Positions 1 to 14,735 of a stretch of DNA of 64,000 bases are shown here, piece after piece (the first letter of the stretch is position 1; each line of letters begins with the position of its first letter). The DNA lies in NCBI GenBank assembly GCA_964016885.1, contig OZ024748.1, positions 60,450,001 to 60,514,000 on the forward strand, read 5' to 3'. The position numbers were made by a program, and so were the translations under genes. The stretch comes from Eledone cirrhosa. Its lineage: Eukaryota. Under the pieces are notes generated by a model. That model did not search any database. It was not told where the DNA came from and saw nothing but the letters and a program-made list of their open reading frames with translations.

Positions 1-86
1 CATTGCAAGGAAACTGTGCTGTCAACCATTAAAGCTAACCAAATTATCTTTATAATGGAAATTCAATTTGTTCCCCAGTTCTCTCA

Positions 87-91
87 ATATG

Positions 92-159
<68 letters not shown>

Positions 160-176
160 GGGGGGGGGGGTGTGTC

Positions 177-217
<41 letters not shown>

Positions 218-383
218 TATATATATATATATATATTTATATATATGTAGATATATACATTTATATAAATGTATATACGTATATATATATATACATATAT
301 ATTATCTGTGTGTGTGTGTATACACACATATACATATATATATTGGTATGTATGTATATGTGTGTGTGGAGAGAGAGAGAGAG

Positions 384-462
<79 letters not shown>
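87..462. repeat. compound microsatellite (TA)n/(TG)n/(GA)n
   Basis: Dinucleotide runs seen directly; they explain the YI/CV/ER ORFs. Confidence 0.95.
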
Positions 463-464
<2 letters not shown>

Positions 465-622
465 GAGATGAGATTAGAGTCTGTTATTAATACAGAAGAG
501 ATTTAATAAACTAGATGATTTTTATATTGACATCAAATATATCTTATATGAAAACAAGATAGAGAGAAATTGAAAATCTAATGTTTAAAAAATCAGAACT
601 ATATTTTAACATCATCATATGA

Positions 623-760
623 GAATTGCTGAAGTCGTTAGAGTCTCTCCGGTTAAAGGCCTCGGTGTTTGTTCCAGCTCATTGCATTCTGAGTTCAAAT
701 CCCACTGAGGTATACCTTGCATTTATTTATTTCAGAGTCGATAAAACATTACCAGTCCAG
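623..760 (+). mobile_element. diverged tRNA-derived SINE (family S1)
   Basis: B-box GAGTTCAAATCCC followed by gtcgataaaacattaccagt, matching the other S1 copies. Confidence 0.7.
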
Positions 761-799
761 GGGAAGTGGATTGGTAACATTGGTGAAGAGTAGGACGTG

Positions 800-1165
800 A
801 ATCTATGCGGTATTTAAGCTATGTCTCTTCGTTTTATGCTCGAATCACCTCAGCAATGGAATGAACAATGATGGAAACTTAGGCTCCTCGGCCCGATATG
901 ACAATCGGCTTCGTTCCTTTGCTGTATTTAAGCCACTTCTCTTCGTTTTGTGTTTGAATCATGTCAGAAAATATTAGCAATGGAAAAAACAATGATGGAA
1001 TCAAAGCCTCCTTGGTCCGATATGACGATTGACTTTAGTCCTTTGCTATATTTAAGCCACGTCTGTCTGTAGGTATTCGAATCACGTCAGATAGTATTAG
1101 CAATGGAAAGAACATTGATGGAAACTTAGGCTCCTCGGTCCAATGTGACGATCGGCTTCGTCGCT
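800..1165. repeat. ~120-bp tandem repeat, about 3 copies
   Basis: Unit agcaatgga..gatggaaacttaggctcctcgg..tttgct.tatttaagccac recurs at ~852, ~976 and ~1098; a related fragment lies at ~39555-39610. Confidence 0.8.
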
Positions 1166-1494
1166 TTTCTTTTATTTTTATGAGTATACGCATCTTTGTA
1201 GACGCAAACATCACTGAGTCGTTAAACAAATTCCCTTCGCAATCATGAGGTACCCGATTTGATCCAACTGCATACCGTCACAGTCAGGTGTCTTTAAGAC
1301 TATACTATACCATGTGGTTGACACAGAGCTTGTAAAACTGGGCAAAGAGAAACTATCTAAATGCTTATCGGGTAGATTGTAACCGCATGTTAGAGGTATA
1401 ACAATGCCTTATATTGACACAGGCGCATTTCATTGAGAATTACTGTAATAGCACACGTTACTGTGAAGCACAAGAAAACTTGTATAAATTTCTA

Positions 1495-1945
1495 AGTTAG
1501 GTAAAATGGCAATAAATTTAGGGGAAGGGTAAAATTGATTAAATCAACCCCAGTACTTTACTGGTACTGTATTATATCGAGCACGGAATAATGAAAAGCA
1601 AAGCTAACCTCGGCGGGATTCCATCTCAAATTATAAATAAAAGCCATAACAAATACTGAAAATATGCATCTTGTCGGACGCTCTACCAATTCGACCAGCC
1701 CACCACCTTTAACAGCGTGTAATATATTATATATATTGGTTTCTGGCTTAGGCAAAAGGCCAACAATTTTAGGGGAGGGGAATTAAATCGACTCCAGTGC
1801 ATTGCTGGTGCTTTATTTTATCGATCCCGGAACGAGGAAAAGCAAAACTGACCTCGTCGGGATTTAATCTCAAATTATAAAAAGCCATAACAAATATTGA
1901 TAATGCATTTTACCCGCCGCTACTATTTCGACTAATTTACAACAT
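1495..1945 (-). mobile_element. two tandem S1 SINE copies (about 1495-1708 and 1735-1945)
   Basis: Reverse complement of the S1 consensus (ctggtac..tttatcga..gaaaagcaaag..acctcggcgggatt). Confidence 0.8.
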
Positions 1946-2589
1946 TTAACAACGGGTAATATATTATATATTGAAAGATGAACTGCACCCGTAATTCAAA
2001 GAATCAGACATGTCTCATATATTCACCTTAACAATTACATGGATTTTCTTCACTTCAGAATAATAAACTCTCTTAGTGACTCAATATTTATGTAGCTTTG
2101 GGTCAACTATGCTATGTTGAGGAGGTCCAATAAGACTAAAATATGTCCAGAGTTGTCACCCAAACCACCAAAGTCAGATATAGGACATAAAAAGTTCCTA
2201 ACAAGGACTAAACATAATAGAATCAAAATCCCCATTGTCACTGTCTTCACCTGCCTCGTTCTCCACATCTCTCACTATTATAAGAAAATGGGGGCCCCGG
2301 CTCCTGCGGACGTTATGTGAGTTGTTGGGATACTCAGCCCGTCACACGTTATTCACGTTCACAAGGTGGAGGTTCAGTAAATTGGACTACAGAAAGCTCA
2401 ACATCGTAACTGACGGAGGACACATCGTTATACACATTTGTTGCATTATAGATACTTTCACATATCTTTAGAATATAAGAATCGTGATTATTATTCACAT
2501 CACACTTCATTATACACTCCACCACATACCACCTAACACACCGGTAGATCATCGTTTCAAATAGATGATTTTCTGATTACACACACACA

Positions 2590-3310
<721 letters not shown>

Positions 3311-3787
3311 ATATGATTGTGTGCATGTGTATACTAATATATCTGTGTAAAAATCAATCGTCACACATCAAAGAACAAATTTGTCCATACATAACATTCT
3401 GATATAGAGTTAAGGATTCCTCATCACAATTGTCAGAATCATTTGGACATTTGCTTAGTGCACTGTGAGCTCGAATCCCACCCGGTCAATATTACTTTGA
3501 ATTATTTCGGGACTCTATATAATAAAGTATTTATCCAAGGTCTTTACATATGATATATATATATATACACACACAGCACACAGACACAAACATATATATA
3601 GATGGATATACACACGCATATACATGCACACACCCATATATATGTTTTTAAATCATTCACAATTTGAGCATTTTTCTAGGTACTTTCAGCTAGAAACCCT
3701 CTCGACCATCCTTAATTTGCATTATTTCGGCTCAAAATCATCTAGGTCAATCTTAACTCGCATTATTTTGAGGGTCAGATTATTTTG

Positions 3788-4146
3788 GCGTGGATTGGCA
3801 GTATAGGTAGAGGGTCGGACGCCATGCTTTCCACCATAGTTACGTCCCTTTACGATCTGAGTTCAAATCCCGCCGAGGTTGACTTTGCCTTTCATCCTTA
3901 CGAGGTCGATAAAATAAAGTACCAGTAATGCACTGGGTAATTGCTGGCCTTGTGCCTAAAGTAGAAACAATTATTTTGAGGATCGGACGCCATGCTTTGC
4001 AGCAAAGAGTTACGGCCCTTTATGGTCTGAGTTCAAATCCAGCCGAGGTTTACTTTGCCATTCATCCTTACGGGGTCGATAAAATAAAGTACCAGTAATA
4101 CACTGGTTATTTGCTGGCCTTGTGCCAAAAGTAGAAACAATTATTT
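3788..4146 (+). mobile_element. two head-to-tail S1 SINE copies (about 3788-3975 full length, 3978-4146 5'-truncated)
   Basis: A-box-like TGGCAGTATAGGTAG, B-box GAGTTCAAATCCC, central ctttcatccttacgaggtcgataaaataaagtaccag, tail gtagaaacaattatt. Confidence 0.9.
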
Positions 4147-4149
4147 TGG

Positions 4150-4420
4150 CTCAAAACCAACAAGCTGAACCTAGTTTTGCATTACATTGGCTAAAAGCCC
4201 ACTAGGGCATCGTTAATTCGCATTATTCAAATCCCAATGAAATTAGCTTTGCCTTTCATCCTTACGGAGTCAACGTTAATTTATATTAATTCGGCTCAAA
4301 ACCCACTAGGTCAACGTTAATTCGCAGTATTCTAGCTCAAAACCCATTAGGTCAAGGTTAATTCGCATTATTTCAGCTCAAAACACATTACGTCAACATT
4401 AATTCGTATTATTTCGTAAG
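4150..4420. repeat. ~40-bp tandem repeat (gctcaaaacccactaggtcaacgttaattcgcattatttc)
   Basis: 5-6 degenerate copies; further copies at about 3690-3770. Confidence 0.75.
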
Positions 4421-4939
4421 TCTATATCATAAAGTATTAATCAAAGATGTTTACTATTTCTGTTTCTAAGATATTCATAATTTTCCTTTATAAAACATTT
4501 TATCTATCTCTGTATTTTTCCTTACACGTTATTCGATGCACAATTTTAGAGTGGATTTCGGAGACGTAGTTTGAGAAAACAATTTTTCTGTAAACTAATT
4601 CTATGTATATTTTTTTAAGAACCCATTACTAAAAACATACGATTGCTTGTGGCCATGTTTTAATAGTTGTTTATGTTCTATTAAATTAGCCTAGACTAAG
4701 TAGATTTGTTATGTTTTAACTAGCAGGGTTATCAATTCCGATCAAGGGTTATCTTACTTGATTTCAATACTTTAATTTAATCTACCAATTTTGTCTATTT
4801 TCTCCTGTTGGTTTCATTTCCAATTTTGTAAGTTTATTTGTTTATGTAACAATACTTTTATATTTATCTGCGTATTTTCTCCTATTGTTGATAATGGAAC
4901 ATTATCTAGAAATATTCTTATTTTCTTCTTATCATCGTC

Positions 4940-5288
4940 AGACACCATGTGTTGCAGCATATGAGCCCTTACGTTGGGAGTTCAAATCCCGCCCAGGTTA
5001 ACTTTGCTTTTCATCCTTACGGGGTCGATAAAATAAAGTACCAGTAATGCACTGGTATAATTGCTGGCCTTGTGCTAAAAGTAGAAACAATTATTATCAT
5101 TAGGGTGATGGATTGGCGGTATCTGTGGACCATCGCATAATAGCTTTGCGTAATAGAGTTGTGGCCCTTTACGCTCTGATTTCAAATCCGGCCGAGGTTT
5201 GCTTTCCCTTTCATCCTGATAGGGCCGATAAAAGGAAAAAAGACACCAGTAATATACTGGTGTCGATGTAATCGACATTCCCCTCCCC
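4940..5288 (+). mobile_element. two S1 SINE copies
   Basis: Both match the S1 B-box and central domain. Confidence 0.85.
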
Positions 5289-5289
5289 T

Positions 5290-5472
5290 ATACGCTGACC
5301 AAGATATTCTCATGGAATGACGAATGAGGTTTACTTTTCAACATACTCCCTAGAAAGAAACAATGTTATTATAATAATAAAAAAATGAGTTGAAAGTAAT
5401 GCATACAAGATTGCACAGAGCTAGCGTCACTCCCTCATAGTAAGCCTATGAACGTTTCAGCCGTCCCTTGTA
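5290..5472. mobile_element. partial mariner-type MITE (same family as 41240-41535)
   Basis: Shares gctgaccaagata.tctcat and the right TIR agcctatgaacgtttcagccgtcccttg-TA. Confidence 0.65.
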
Positions 5473-5477
5473 AGGTA

Positions 5478-5625
5478 CCGTATTTCCCGGCGTCGAAGAA
5501 GCTATATTTTCCTAAAATAAATCTAAAAAATCTAGCATGTATCCTTTTTTATTTTTTTTATTTTTGGTTGTCAAAACTAGGGTGCGTCCTCGAGGAGTAA
5601 GCGACATCGGCGCCCGGAAATATGG
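5478..5625. mobile_element. Tc2/pogo-like MITE
   Basis: TIRs CCGTATTTCCCGGCG ... CGCCCGGAAATATGG with TA on both sides; reconstructed target is the palindrome AGGTACCT. Confidence 0.8.
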
Positions 5626-5859
5626 TACCTCTCTAGCACAGAGGTCGTTATAACCGATTTCCACTCCTCCCGCCAAATTATTGGAATTGTGCCAAAATTA
5701 GACGTCATTATCATTTATTCCGGATTTTTATGTTCTGAATTTAAACGATTATTAATATTGCTTCTTTTCAAACTTGATTTCACACATATAGACACTCGTA
5801 TATAGACAACGAGACACGCCTATACAGACACCATGCTGAAGGTCTATATAAGGTGGATA

Positions 5860-5913
<54 letters not shown>

Positions 5914-5925
5914 TACTACTACTAC
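5860..5925. repeat. (TAC)n microsatellite
   Basis: Seen directly. Confidence 0.95.
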
Positions 5926-6724
5926 GATTACACAGCAGTAGCAAATACACCATCAGAATATGAAGTGATTATTACAGAGAGATTTTAATATATAGTTGGT
6001 CGTTTAAACACCATCATCATCATGACCATCATCTGCATTCAAGTTAGATACCATATATATATATATATATGCATATGGGAGTGAGTGCCCCCCCCCCCTC
6101 CCCCAGTTGTTGTCACAACACCTTTCTAGGAGAGGGAATCTCTGAAAAATAAACCCTGCAGCTTCGGAAGTATCCAGTGATGTTGACCAGGTAGTGTTTT
6201 CGATGCCCAGAGAGTGGGATTAGTCGCGTGCAAGGCCTTCCCCCACTTTAAAAGAAACCCTTCAAAACACAGACTTTGCTTGTTCAGGATATGTTACCGG
6301 TTCGTGTGGCTGGCCGTAGCCTGAATTTCACCAAACTCTATAATCTGAGAAGCGATTGCAATACTCTTAGCAGAGTTTGCAGCCATCATATTTATAATAT
6401 TGTATATAGATATACACATATACATGTATATCTCTATATATATGTATTCTATTATTTATTTATCTTCATACGGGGTACACACATATTTCAAGGTCCAATT
6501 ATGCCCTGCTCCTGAAATTTTGCACGGTCGGGTTGATGGGCGATCAAAAATGTAATCTGAACCTCAGGCGGTTTTTGTTTCGTACATGAACATAAATAAA
6601 AAATATAATATATCAACTATCATAACAGTTTGAGCACTATTTTTTCCTTTTTCACTCCCACCGATATTTTACTATGTATTGAAATATATATATATATATA
6701 TATATATATTTATTTCATAACAAA

Positions 6725-7605
6725 AAAATAGAAACAGACATATACTACAAGCCCACAGACTCCAAGCAATATCTTCCTTTCAACTCTTCCCACCCTAGAC
6801 ACGTTAAAATTAATATTCCCTACAACTTACCCAAGAAAATCTGTACTATAGTCTCCAATAAAAACACCTGTTACTTACGGCTACAAGAACTAAAGGACAC
6901 ACTCATAGGCAGGCACTGGCATCCAACGTGCCCTAAAACTCAGTACCCAGGACCTTAGACACCCTAAAGTAAATCAACCGAAACTAAAAGCTCTTCCATA
7001 CATCTCCACACACAACCCCCCTCAACTATGAGGCCTTTGACACCATCCTCCAGAACATCCCTGCGTTAAAAAAGGACCATAGAATGAACCAAATCCTTCG
7101 AACACACGATATCATAAAGAGCAAAAGACAATCTAAGTCAATGAAAAGCATCCTAACACATGCCAAAGTACTGCCAACCACAACAACGAAACCCACAGTA
7201 AAAAAATGCGATAGACTCAACTGTGGTATATGCATCAACCTAATAGAAGGTTCGGAATTCTATTTCAAAGAAGGACAACGTTTTATAGTAAAACACAATT
7301 TCACATGCGCATCAGAAAATCTAATATATGTATTAACTTGCTCAGGTTGTCGAGAACAATACATAGGCCAGACCAAAAACAGCCTCCGCCAACTCATGAC
7401 TGTCCATAGATCCCAAATTAAAATACGGGAATACAGGAAAATACCACTGAGTGAACACATTGATACCTGTGCCGCCTCAAATCATCCCAACTTTAGAATC
7501 TTTCCCCTCTACAAATTTAAAGATAATGCCAACCACACCCAGCGCACCAGCAAGGAATCTCACTTTATTAACAAATACTGACCCCGTCTAAACACTTCTC
7601 CCTAA
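6725..7605 (+). pseudogene. 5'-truncated Penelope-like element ORF: RT thumb, Cys linker and GIY-YIG endonuclease (Neptune-like domain order)
   Basis: Translates to KIETDIYYKPTDSKQYLPFNSSHPRHVKINIPYNL (PLE RT C-terminus), then KKCDRLNCGIC and NLIYVLTCSGCREQYIGQT...HRSQI...SEH...KESHFINKY*PRLN. Frame disruption near 6910-6960, premature TGA at 7579, starts at a (TA)n tract. Confidence 0.92.
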
Positions 7606-8122
7606 GACGAACCCACAACATACACACGTCAACATACATACCTACATCACCATACATCCTACATACATCTCTATCCACATTTAAACACAATGACATAGAT
7701 AAACACACATGTTCTATGGTGCAACACAAATATACACAAATGTGCATACCTTTTGATATCTATAGATATAAACGCGCTGACACACACACATACATATACG
7801 CACACATGCATTGCCCACTGATGGGCACATACATATTTGTACACAAGTATTCCGATATGGCAGGGCCTAATGGATTTCCCTTGCAGTACGTACAATCTGG
7901 ACACTCACACACACCTTGGTGTTATGACAATACTATATATCATTTCACACCTTTTATTATTAATGTTTTTGATGTTCTCTTGAGAGAATCGTTTTTGCTG
8001 AAAATATCGAATAATGTACACCATTTTTACCAGTATCAGAAAAATACTGCCCCCCACACACATATACACACAAACACACACATATACACACATACATACA
8101 CACGCGTACACTAACATACAAA

Positions 8123-8210
<88 letters not shown>

Positions 8211-8319
8211 TCTCCGTATAAGACAAGAGCTGAAAAATATCTTTCAATATGTTAAAATATCCCCCACACAAGTACAGACACATTCCTACTGACCGATCCC
8301 TCTACCACGAATTACTCTG

Positions 8320-8383
<64 letters not shown>

Positions 8384-8505
8384 TTGTCTTAATAGGCACT
8401 TGAACTGTTGACCTTTCAACATGACTGCAAATCACACGCAAATCCCTACTGAGCATTATCACAACAATGAACCTCTTTACTACACACACACACACACACA
8501 CACAT
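8123..8505. repeat. (CA)n tracts within the presumed PLE 3' region
   Basis: Seen directly. Confidence 0.9.
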
Positions 8506-8744
8506 ATATTTGTCTTAAAAGACTTATTTTTCAGTGACTTCTCAATCAGGCGAAAGAGGACACTCTTCGACAAACCTACATTTGGCGCAAAATCAATTTT
8601 TAACATTCACGTGACCTCTACCGACCAATCAAAATTGTTTTGACCACAAGAATTTTTGCAACACGAATTGGCGCGAAACTTATTTTAATACCTCTGGAGC
8701 CACTTTTTTCACATAAAACAGGTAGAATTTCCAAAACTGATCAG

Positions 8745-8935
8745 ATTAGAGCAAACATCACGGGCGCTCTATCTCAAAATTATTTTTGAAAAGCATTAGA
8801 AATGCGCAACCGGTAAAAACTTTAAGCTAAAACTGAATACTAACCAATACTTATTACTAATTTTTACTTATTCCTAATTAAACTATTTTTCACTGGGAAC
8901 AATTTGTCAACATTTTCTTTTCCTTTTACCAATAT
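8745..8935 (+). mobile_element. dispersed repeat, possibly part of the PLE 3' region
   Basis: About 190 bp nearly identical to the reverse complement of 40525-40715. Confidence 0.85.
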
Positions 8936-8949
8936 ATATATATATATAT

Positions 8950-8982
<33 letters not shown>

Positions 8983-9022
8983 GTATCTCTATATATACAT
9001 GTATATTTGTGTGTATACATAC

Positions 9023-9055
<33 letters not shown>

Positions 9056-9336
9056 TGTTTTTTTACCTGGTTAGTATGTACATGCCTAAGATATCTGCAC
9101 TCTTTCTATACGCTTGCATATGTACTGCTAATGTTCTCGTTTTGCGAGTAACTTTCTGCTTTAATTCCTCTATAATTGTTGTATTATTCCTTTATAATCT
9201 TTGTCGCATCCACTGATACTGACCACATCATCTTCACTATTTAAATATTACACTCTTAATGACAACACTAACATCTACGTATCTTTACGATTGTTCTGTG
9301 GAATAGGAGGTTAATTATATGTCTAAACTTTGCTAG

Positions 9337-9383
9337 TGCTCCGATGATTTCAAACGAAAGTTTGGAAGAAACGATTGTCAGCA
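9337..9383 (+). ncRNA. minimal type I hammerhead ribozyme, CCGAUGA core
   Basis: Stem I tgct/agca; CCGATGA; stem II ttcaaac-gaaa-gtttgga; GAAAC-gatt-GTC; followed by AATAAA; lies downstream of the PLE ORF. Confidence 0.7.
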
Positions 9384-9428
9384 ATAAAATGTTTGAACAT
9401 AGTTTTGATTATTCTGTATATGACGTAC

Positions 9429-9496
<68 letters not shown>

Positions 9497-9694
9497 GACG
9501 TACGTGTATATATATATATATATATGTATGTATATTTGTGCATATATATATATATGGATGAATAAATATACATATGTATGTATGTAGACGCTATACAATG
9601 TATGAATTATGCAATGCCTGCTCCTAAATAACCATTTCCATTAGTTGCTATGAAAAGTCAATACCACCTTTTAAAACATGTATTTGTGTTCCTA

Positions 9695-9955
9695 CCCACA
9701 CACACACACACACACATATATATATACATACACACACATAATTATATATATGTATATATACATACACACACATAAATATATATATATATATACACACATA
9801 ATTATGTATATGTATATATACATACACACACATATATATATATATATACGCACACATAATTATATATATATGTATATATACATACACACACATAAATATA
9901 TATATATATATACATATATCCACACACATAAATGTATATACATACACACATACAA

Positions 9956-9987
<32 letters not shown>

Positions 9988-9990
9988 CTT
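9695..9990. repeat. ~46-bp TA/CA-derived tandem repeat
   Basis: cacacataattatatatatgtatatatacatacacacacata repeats. Confidence 0.75.
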
Positions 9991-10618
9991 CATATGCATT
10001 TACTATTTGTTAAGAATGGATATTTAATAAACAATTTTGATTGTAAATTTCCTTGCCACCATTACCTTATTGGTAAATGATAATTCATTAGTTTTGCTCC
10101 AAGTCGTATTTACTTTTTGATTTACCATAAAATATACGTGAAACCTAGTAATCGATAACTGCATGAGATCGATCCTAATAATGATTTTTTTAAAAAAAAG
10201 ACACACCACTAAATATTGCTAGAAGCCAAACTGAAAAATTTCTAAGAAACCAAAACAAGTAAATATTTCCCTCATTAATATTCAGAAAGTTCTAGTAGAA
10301 CTTTTTGTAAATATTTTCAATAATGTTTGTAATTTTTTTTTTCAACAGCAAAAAGCTTTTAGAATCCCAAATACACCTACAACATTGGAATTCAATTCCA
10401 AGACTATTTTTTTCCAAATTTTCCATGGAGTTTTACTTTTGCTGGGGTTTATTTTCTCTGAGTTTGTATACAGCTGCGTAAAAAAGTTTTTACATTTAAC
10501 CTTGTAATAGTTCCTCGTCGATAAACCCTTTCATGTTGAGCAATCGTAAAATTATATATGTTTTACCGAAAATCCCCAAACAGAAATAACATGTCAGAGC
10601 AATACAGTACAGTGATGA

Positions 10619-10679
<61 letters not shown>

Positions 10680-10847
10680 TTTAAAGCTTCATATAGTTGG
10701 ATATGAATCTTGACGTTTTTGACGTTAGTCTTTTATCGAAAGGTAGAGTGAATGATAGCAGAAACGAAAGAGAGCCAAGTGTAAGAAAATGAAGAGATTT
10801 TGTTTGCACAGGATGAAATCATTTGTGTAGTTAGACAACGGTTTTGG

Positions 10848-10901
<54 letters not shown>

Positions 10902-11146
10902 AGAGAGAGAGAGAGAGAGAGAGATAGATAGGGAGAGAGAGAGAGAGAGAGATACCAATACATATATACGTACTTACATGACTACAGCACACATAAACCC
11001 ACACATAGCATGCATACATACACACATACGTACTACATATATGCATACATACATACATACATATATACTTATATATATATATATGTATATCTATATATAT
11101 ATAGATATATATCTATATCTATATATATACACAGATATATATATAT

Positions 11147-11720
11147 ATTTATTTATTTGCCACAAGGGCCCACGAGAAAAGGGGACAAAACAAAGACATG
11201 CCGGGGATTTACATACAGTCGTGTAAAAATATTTAAACAAACAATTACAACAATCGAAATCCCCAATAGGGGGAAGCGCCACAAATGGGTTGTTTAATAC
11301 CTCCTCGATAGAACAACCTTCAACTTCAGGAGCGTGTTGTGAAAGTGGTCCCTTCTTCCTTTTGCTCTCTTCTTTAATCTACTGGCTTATAAACACAGAA
11401 GGCCCAATCACTCGGGCCATCTTCGCTTCAATCACCCACCTTTCAGTAAATTTACTGGGGTGCGGTGCCTCTCTCTCCACTCTGATTCTCCTTTTAAAGT
11501 GATACTTAAAGAAGGCAATCAATTGTTGTCCGGAGAGAAAGGCATCTGTCCTCAGTCCTTTCAATCTCGTCCACCATATAACCTCTTTCACCATAGCCAC
11601 TGTACAGAGGAAAACCGCCTCTCTTTCGTTTTTGATAGAGGCGTGCGGTTTGATCGAGAGATAGATATGTTAAGTATTTCCGAAGAAAAAGCAAAGGGAA
11701 AAAGATTGCTCTGTGTATAA
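11147..11720 (-). mobile_element. 3' fragment of an L1/Tx1-like LINE (ORF2 C-terminus plus 3' UTR)
   Basis: Minus strand encodes AVFLCTVAMVKEVIWWTRLKG..FFKYHFKRRIRVER..FTERWV and ends in cttgtggcaaataaataaat; the same 3' end recurs at about 23940-24010. Confidence 0.7.
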
Positions 11721-11735
11721 AACACATATAACACC

Positions 11736-11803
11736 CTCTATGTGATGAGCGAACTAGACGTATGTTAATATTGTCTAGGGTCCTGAAACCTTTGGTAATG
11801 GAG
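11736..11803 (+). ncRNA. type I hammerhead-like motif (family B, mutated core GTGATGA)
   Basis: Stem I ctctat/atggag; stem II ctagac..gtctag; GAAACC-ttt-GGTA; homologous to 20224-20297. Confidence 0.6.
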
Positions 11804-11823
11804 TAGTTATATATTGTTGTTAA

Positions 11824-11856
<33 letters not shown>

Positions 11857-12042
11857 GTTATTCCGGGTTGAATCGGAGGTAACCGCAGTAAGTAAGGTAC
11901 TCAATACATAGCAGAGTATAAAAGTTTTAATATAGATGAGATTCTACAGGACTAGAACTGTTTCATTCATTAGAAATCATCAGGAATCCTGATGATTTCT
12001 AATGAATGAAACAGTTCTAGTCCTGTAGAATCTCATCTATAT
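11857..12042. mobile_element. (TA)n-inserted short element (family C) ending in a perfect palindrome with two head-to-head HHR cores
   Basis: 11930-12042 is a perfect inverted repeat (56-bp arms, 1-nt spacer); each arm reads CTGATGA..GAAACAG..CTGTA-gaat; second copy at 20705-20905. Confidence 0.8.
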
Positions 12043-12044
12043 AT

Positions 12045-12100
<56 letters not shown>

Positions 12101-12103
<3 letters not shown>

Positions 12104-12293
12104 GAAGGAAATGTGGTAAGGAACCAGGTGGACCATAACGCACCAAAGTACTCAATACTTAGGGTAGTAGAGTGGGTAATAGGAACCAGTAAGACCCCGA
12201 CGGCTGAGCTCAAACCGTTTCGACGGGTAATTCTGGACTCAGAATTAGCCGTCGAAACGGCTTGAGCTCAGCCGTCGGGGTCTTACTGGTTCC

Positions 12294-12296
<3 letters not shown>
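12101..12296 (-). mobile_element. family A (TA)n-inserted fold-back element with the 3' half of an HHR
   Basis: aacgaaggaaatgtggtaagg... plus a hairpin with 56-bp arms containing GAAACGGC-ttgagctca-GCCGTC; six copies in the window. Confidence 0.85.
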
Positions 12297-12325
<29 letters not shown>

Positions 12326-12465
12326 TATATATATATATGTTATACTTGGGGAGGGTCATATTTGCGTAATATTGCCAGAATTAATAACAGAACACACTCA
12401 CTGTTTGGTTGGTTTTCGCTTCTCGCTGTCTTTTATATCTGCGATCTAACTTACTCGGTCCTCAA

Positions 12466-13321
<856 letters not shown>

Positions 13322-13454
13322 GAGATATCCACGGTAAGTTGTGGGGTCTTTTCTGCATAAAGAACTCAATGTAATAAATATGTTTAAAATGTTGTAGGTT
13401 AAGATAAATCCAAGAAAACAATAAAACATTAAAAGGAAAACAGAGTCATGATAT

Positions 13455-13670
13455 AAGTACGGCTTTGTTTACAAACACACCGAGCATTATAATAATTATA
13501 ATAAATGTTCGTTGAATCCATACATACATATATATATATTTGTGCATGTATGTATATATATATACACACTACTGTACGTCTGTATACATATATGTATGTA
13601 CGTGTACATACTTATATTTAAGTAACAGACGTACTAAGAGTGAGAAATGAAATTTCGATTCATTTTTTCC

Positions 13671-13676
<6 letters not shown>
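13455..13676 (+). repeat. dispersed repeat homologous (inverted, rearranged) to 31878-32015 and 32235-32328
   Basis: Shared tgtttacaaacacac.gagcattataat and gtacatacttatatttaagtaacag.cgtactaagagtg. Confidence 0.75.
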
Positions 13677-13706
<30 letters not shown>

Positions 13707-13708
<2 letters not shown>

Positions 13709-13896
13709 CGAAGGAAATGTGGTAAGGAACCAGGTGGACCATAACGCACCAAAGTACTCAATATAGGGTAGTAGAGTGGGTAATAGGAACAAATAAGACC
13801 CCGACGGCTGAGCTCAAGCCGTTTCGACGGCTAATTCAGTCCAGAATTAGCCGTCGAAACGGCTTGAGCTCAGCCTTCGGGGTCTTACTTGTTCCT

Positions 13897-13898
<2 letters not shown>
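13707..13898 (-). mobile_element. family A fold-back element
   Basis: Near-identical to 12101-12296; hairpin loop agtcca. Confidence 0.85.
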
Positions 13899-13985
<87 letters not shown>

Positions 13986-14279
13986 ATTGAGAGAGTGCGT
14001 GTCTGTATATGTATGTGTGTGCGTGGTGTGTCTGTAAACATTATTTGGCAGCTAATGATAAATTCACTCTTTCTCTGTGCTATCAATAAATATGTTAACC
14101 CTTTCAATAAATTCATTTACTAAGTTACTCTATCAACCGTAGAAATCTTCATATGAAATTATATACCTCAATAGGCCTCATATTATCTCTACAGATATAA
14201 GATTTATAATCCAATCGGCAAACATTATATATAACTGGCTTTACTTTTTCTCGCATTTCTTTATTAAATATTAGAAGAC

Positions 14280-14292
14280 GTATGTGTGTATA

Positions 14293-14354
<62 letters not shown>

Positions 14355-14364
14355 GTGTGTGTGT

Positions 14365-14454
<90 letters not shown>

Positions 14455-14492
14455 GGTATATATCTGTGTGTGTGTATATATATGTGTGAATT

Positions 14493-14526
<34 letters not shown>

Positions 14527-14642
14527 TATATGTATATATATATGTATGTATATATATACATATGTATATATATATATATATATGCATGTATGTATGTGTA
14601 TATAAATGTATGTATATGTATATATATACATCTATACATATT

Positions 14643-14732
<90 letters not shown>

Positions 14733-14735
14733 CAC
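14280..14735. repeat. (TA)n/(TG)n microsatellite
   Basis: Seen directly. Confidence 0.95.

Noticed and set aside
7579-7581. In-frame TGA in the PLE ORF as possible selenocysteine
   Set aside because: It lies in KY*PRLN, not at a Cys position, and no SECIS was recognised; most likely a nonsense mutation.
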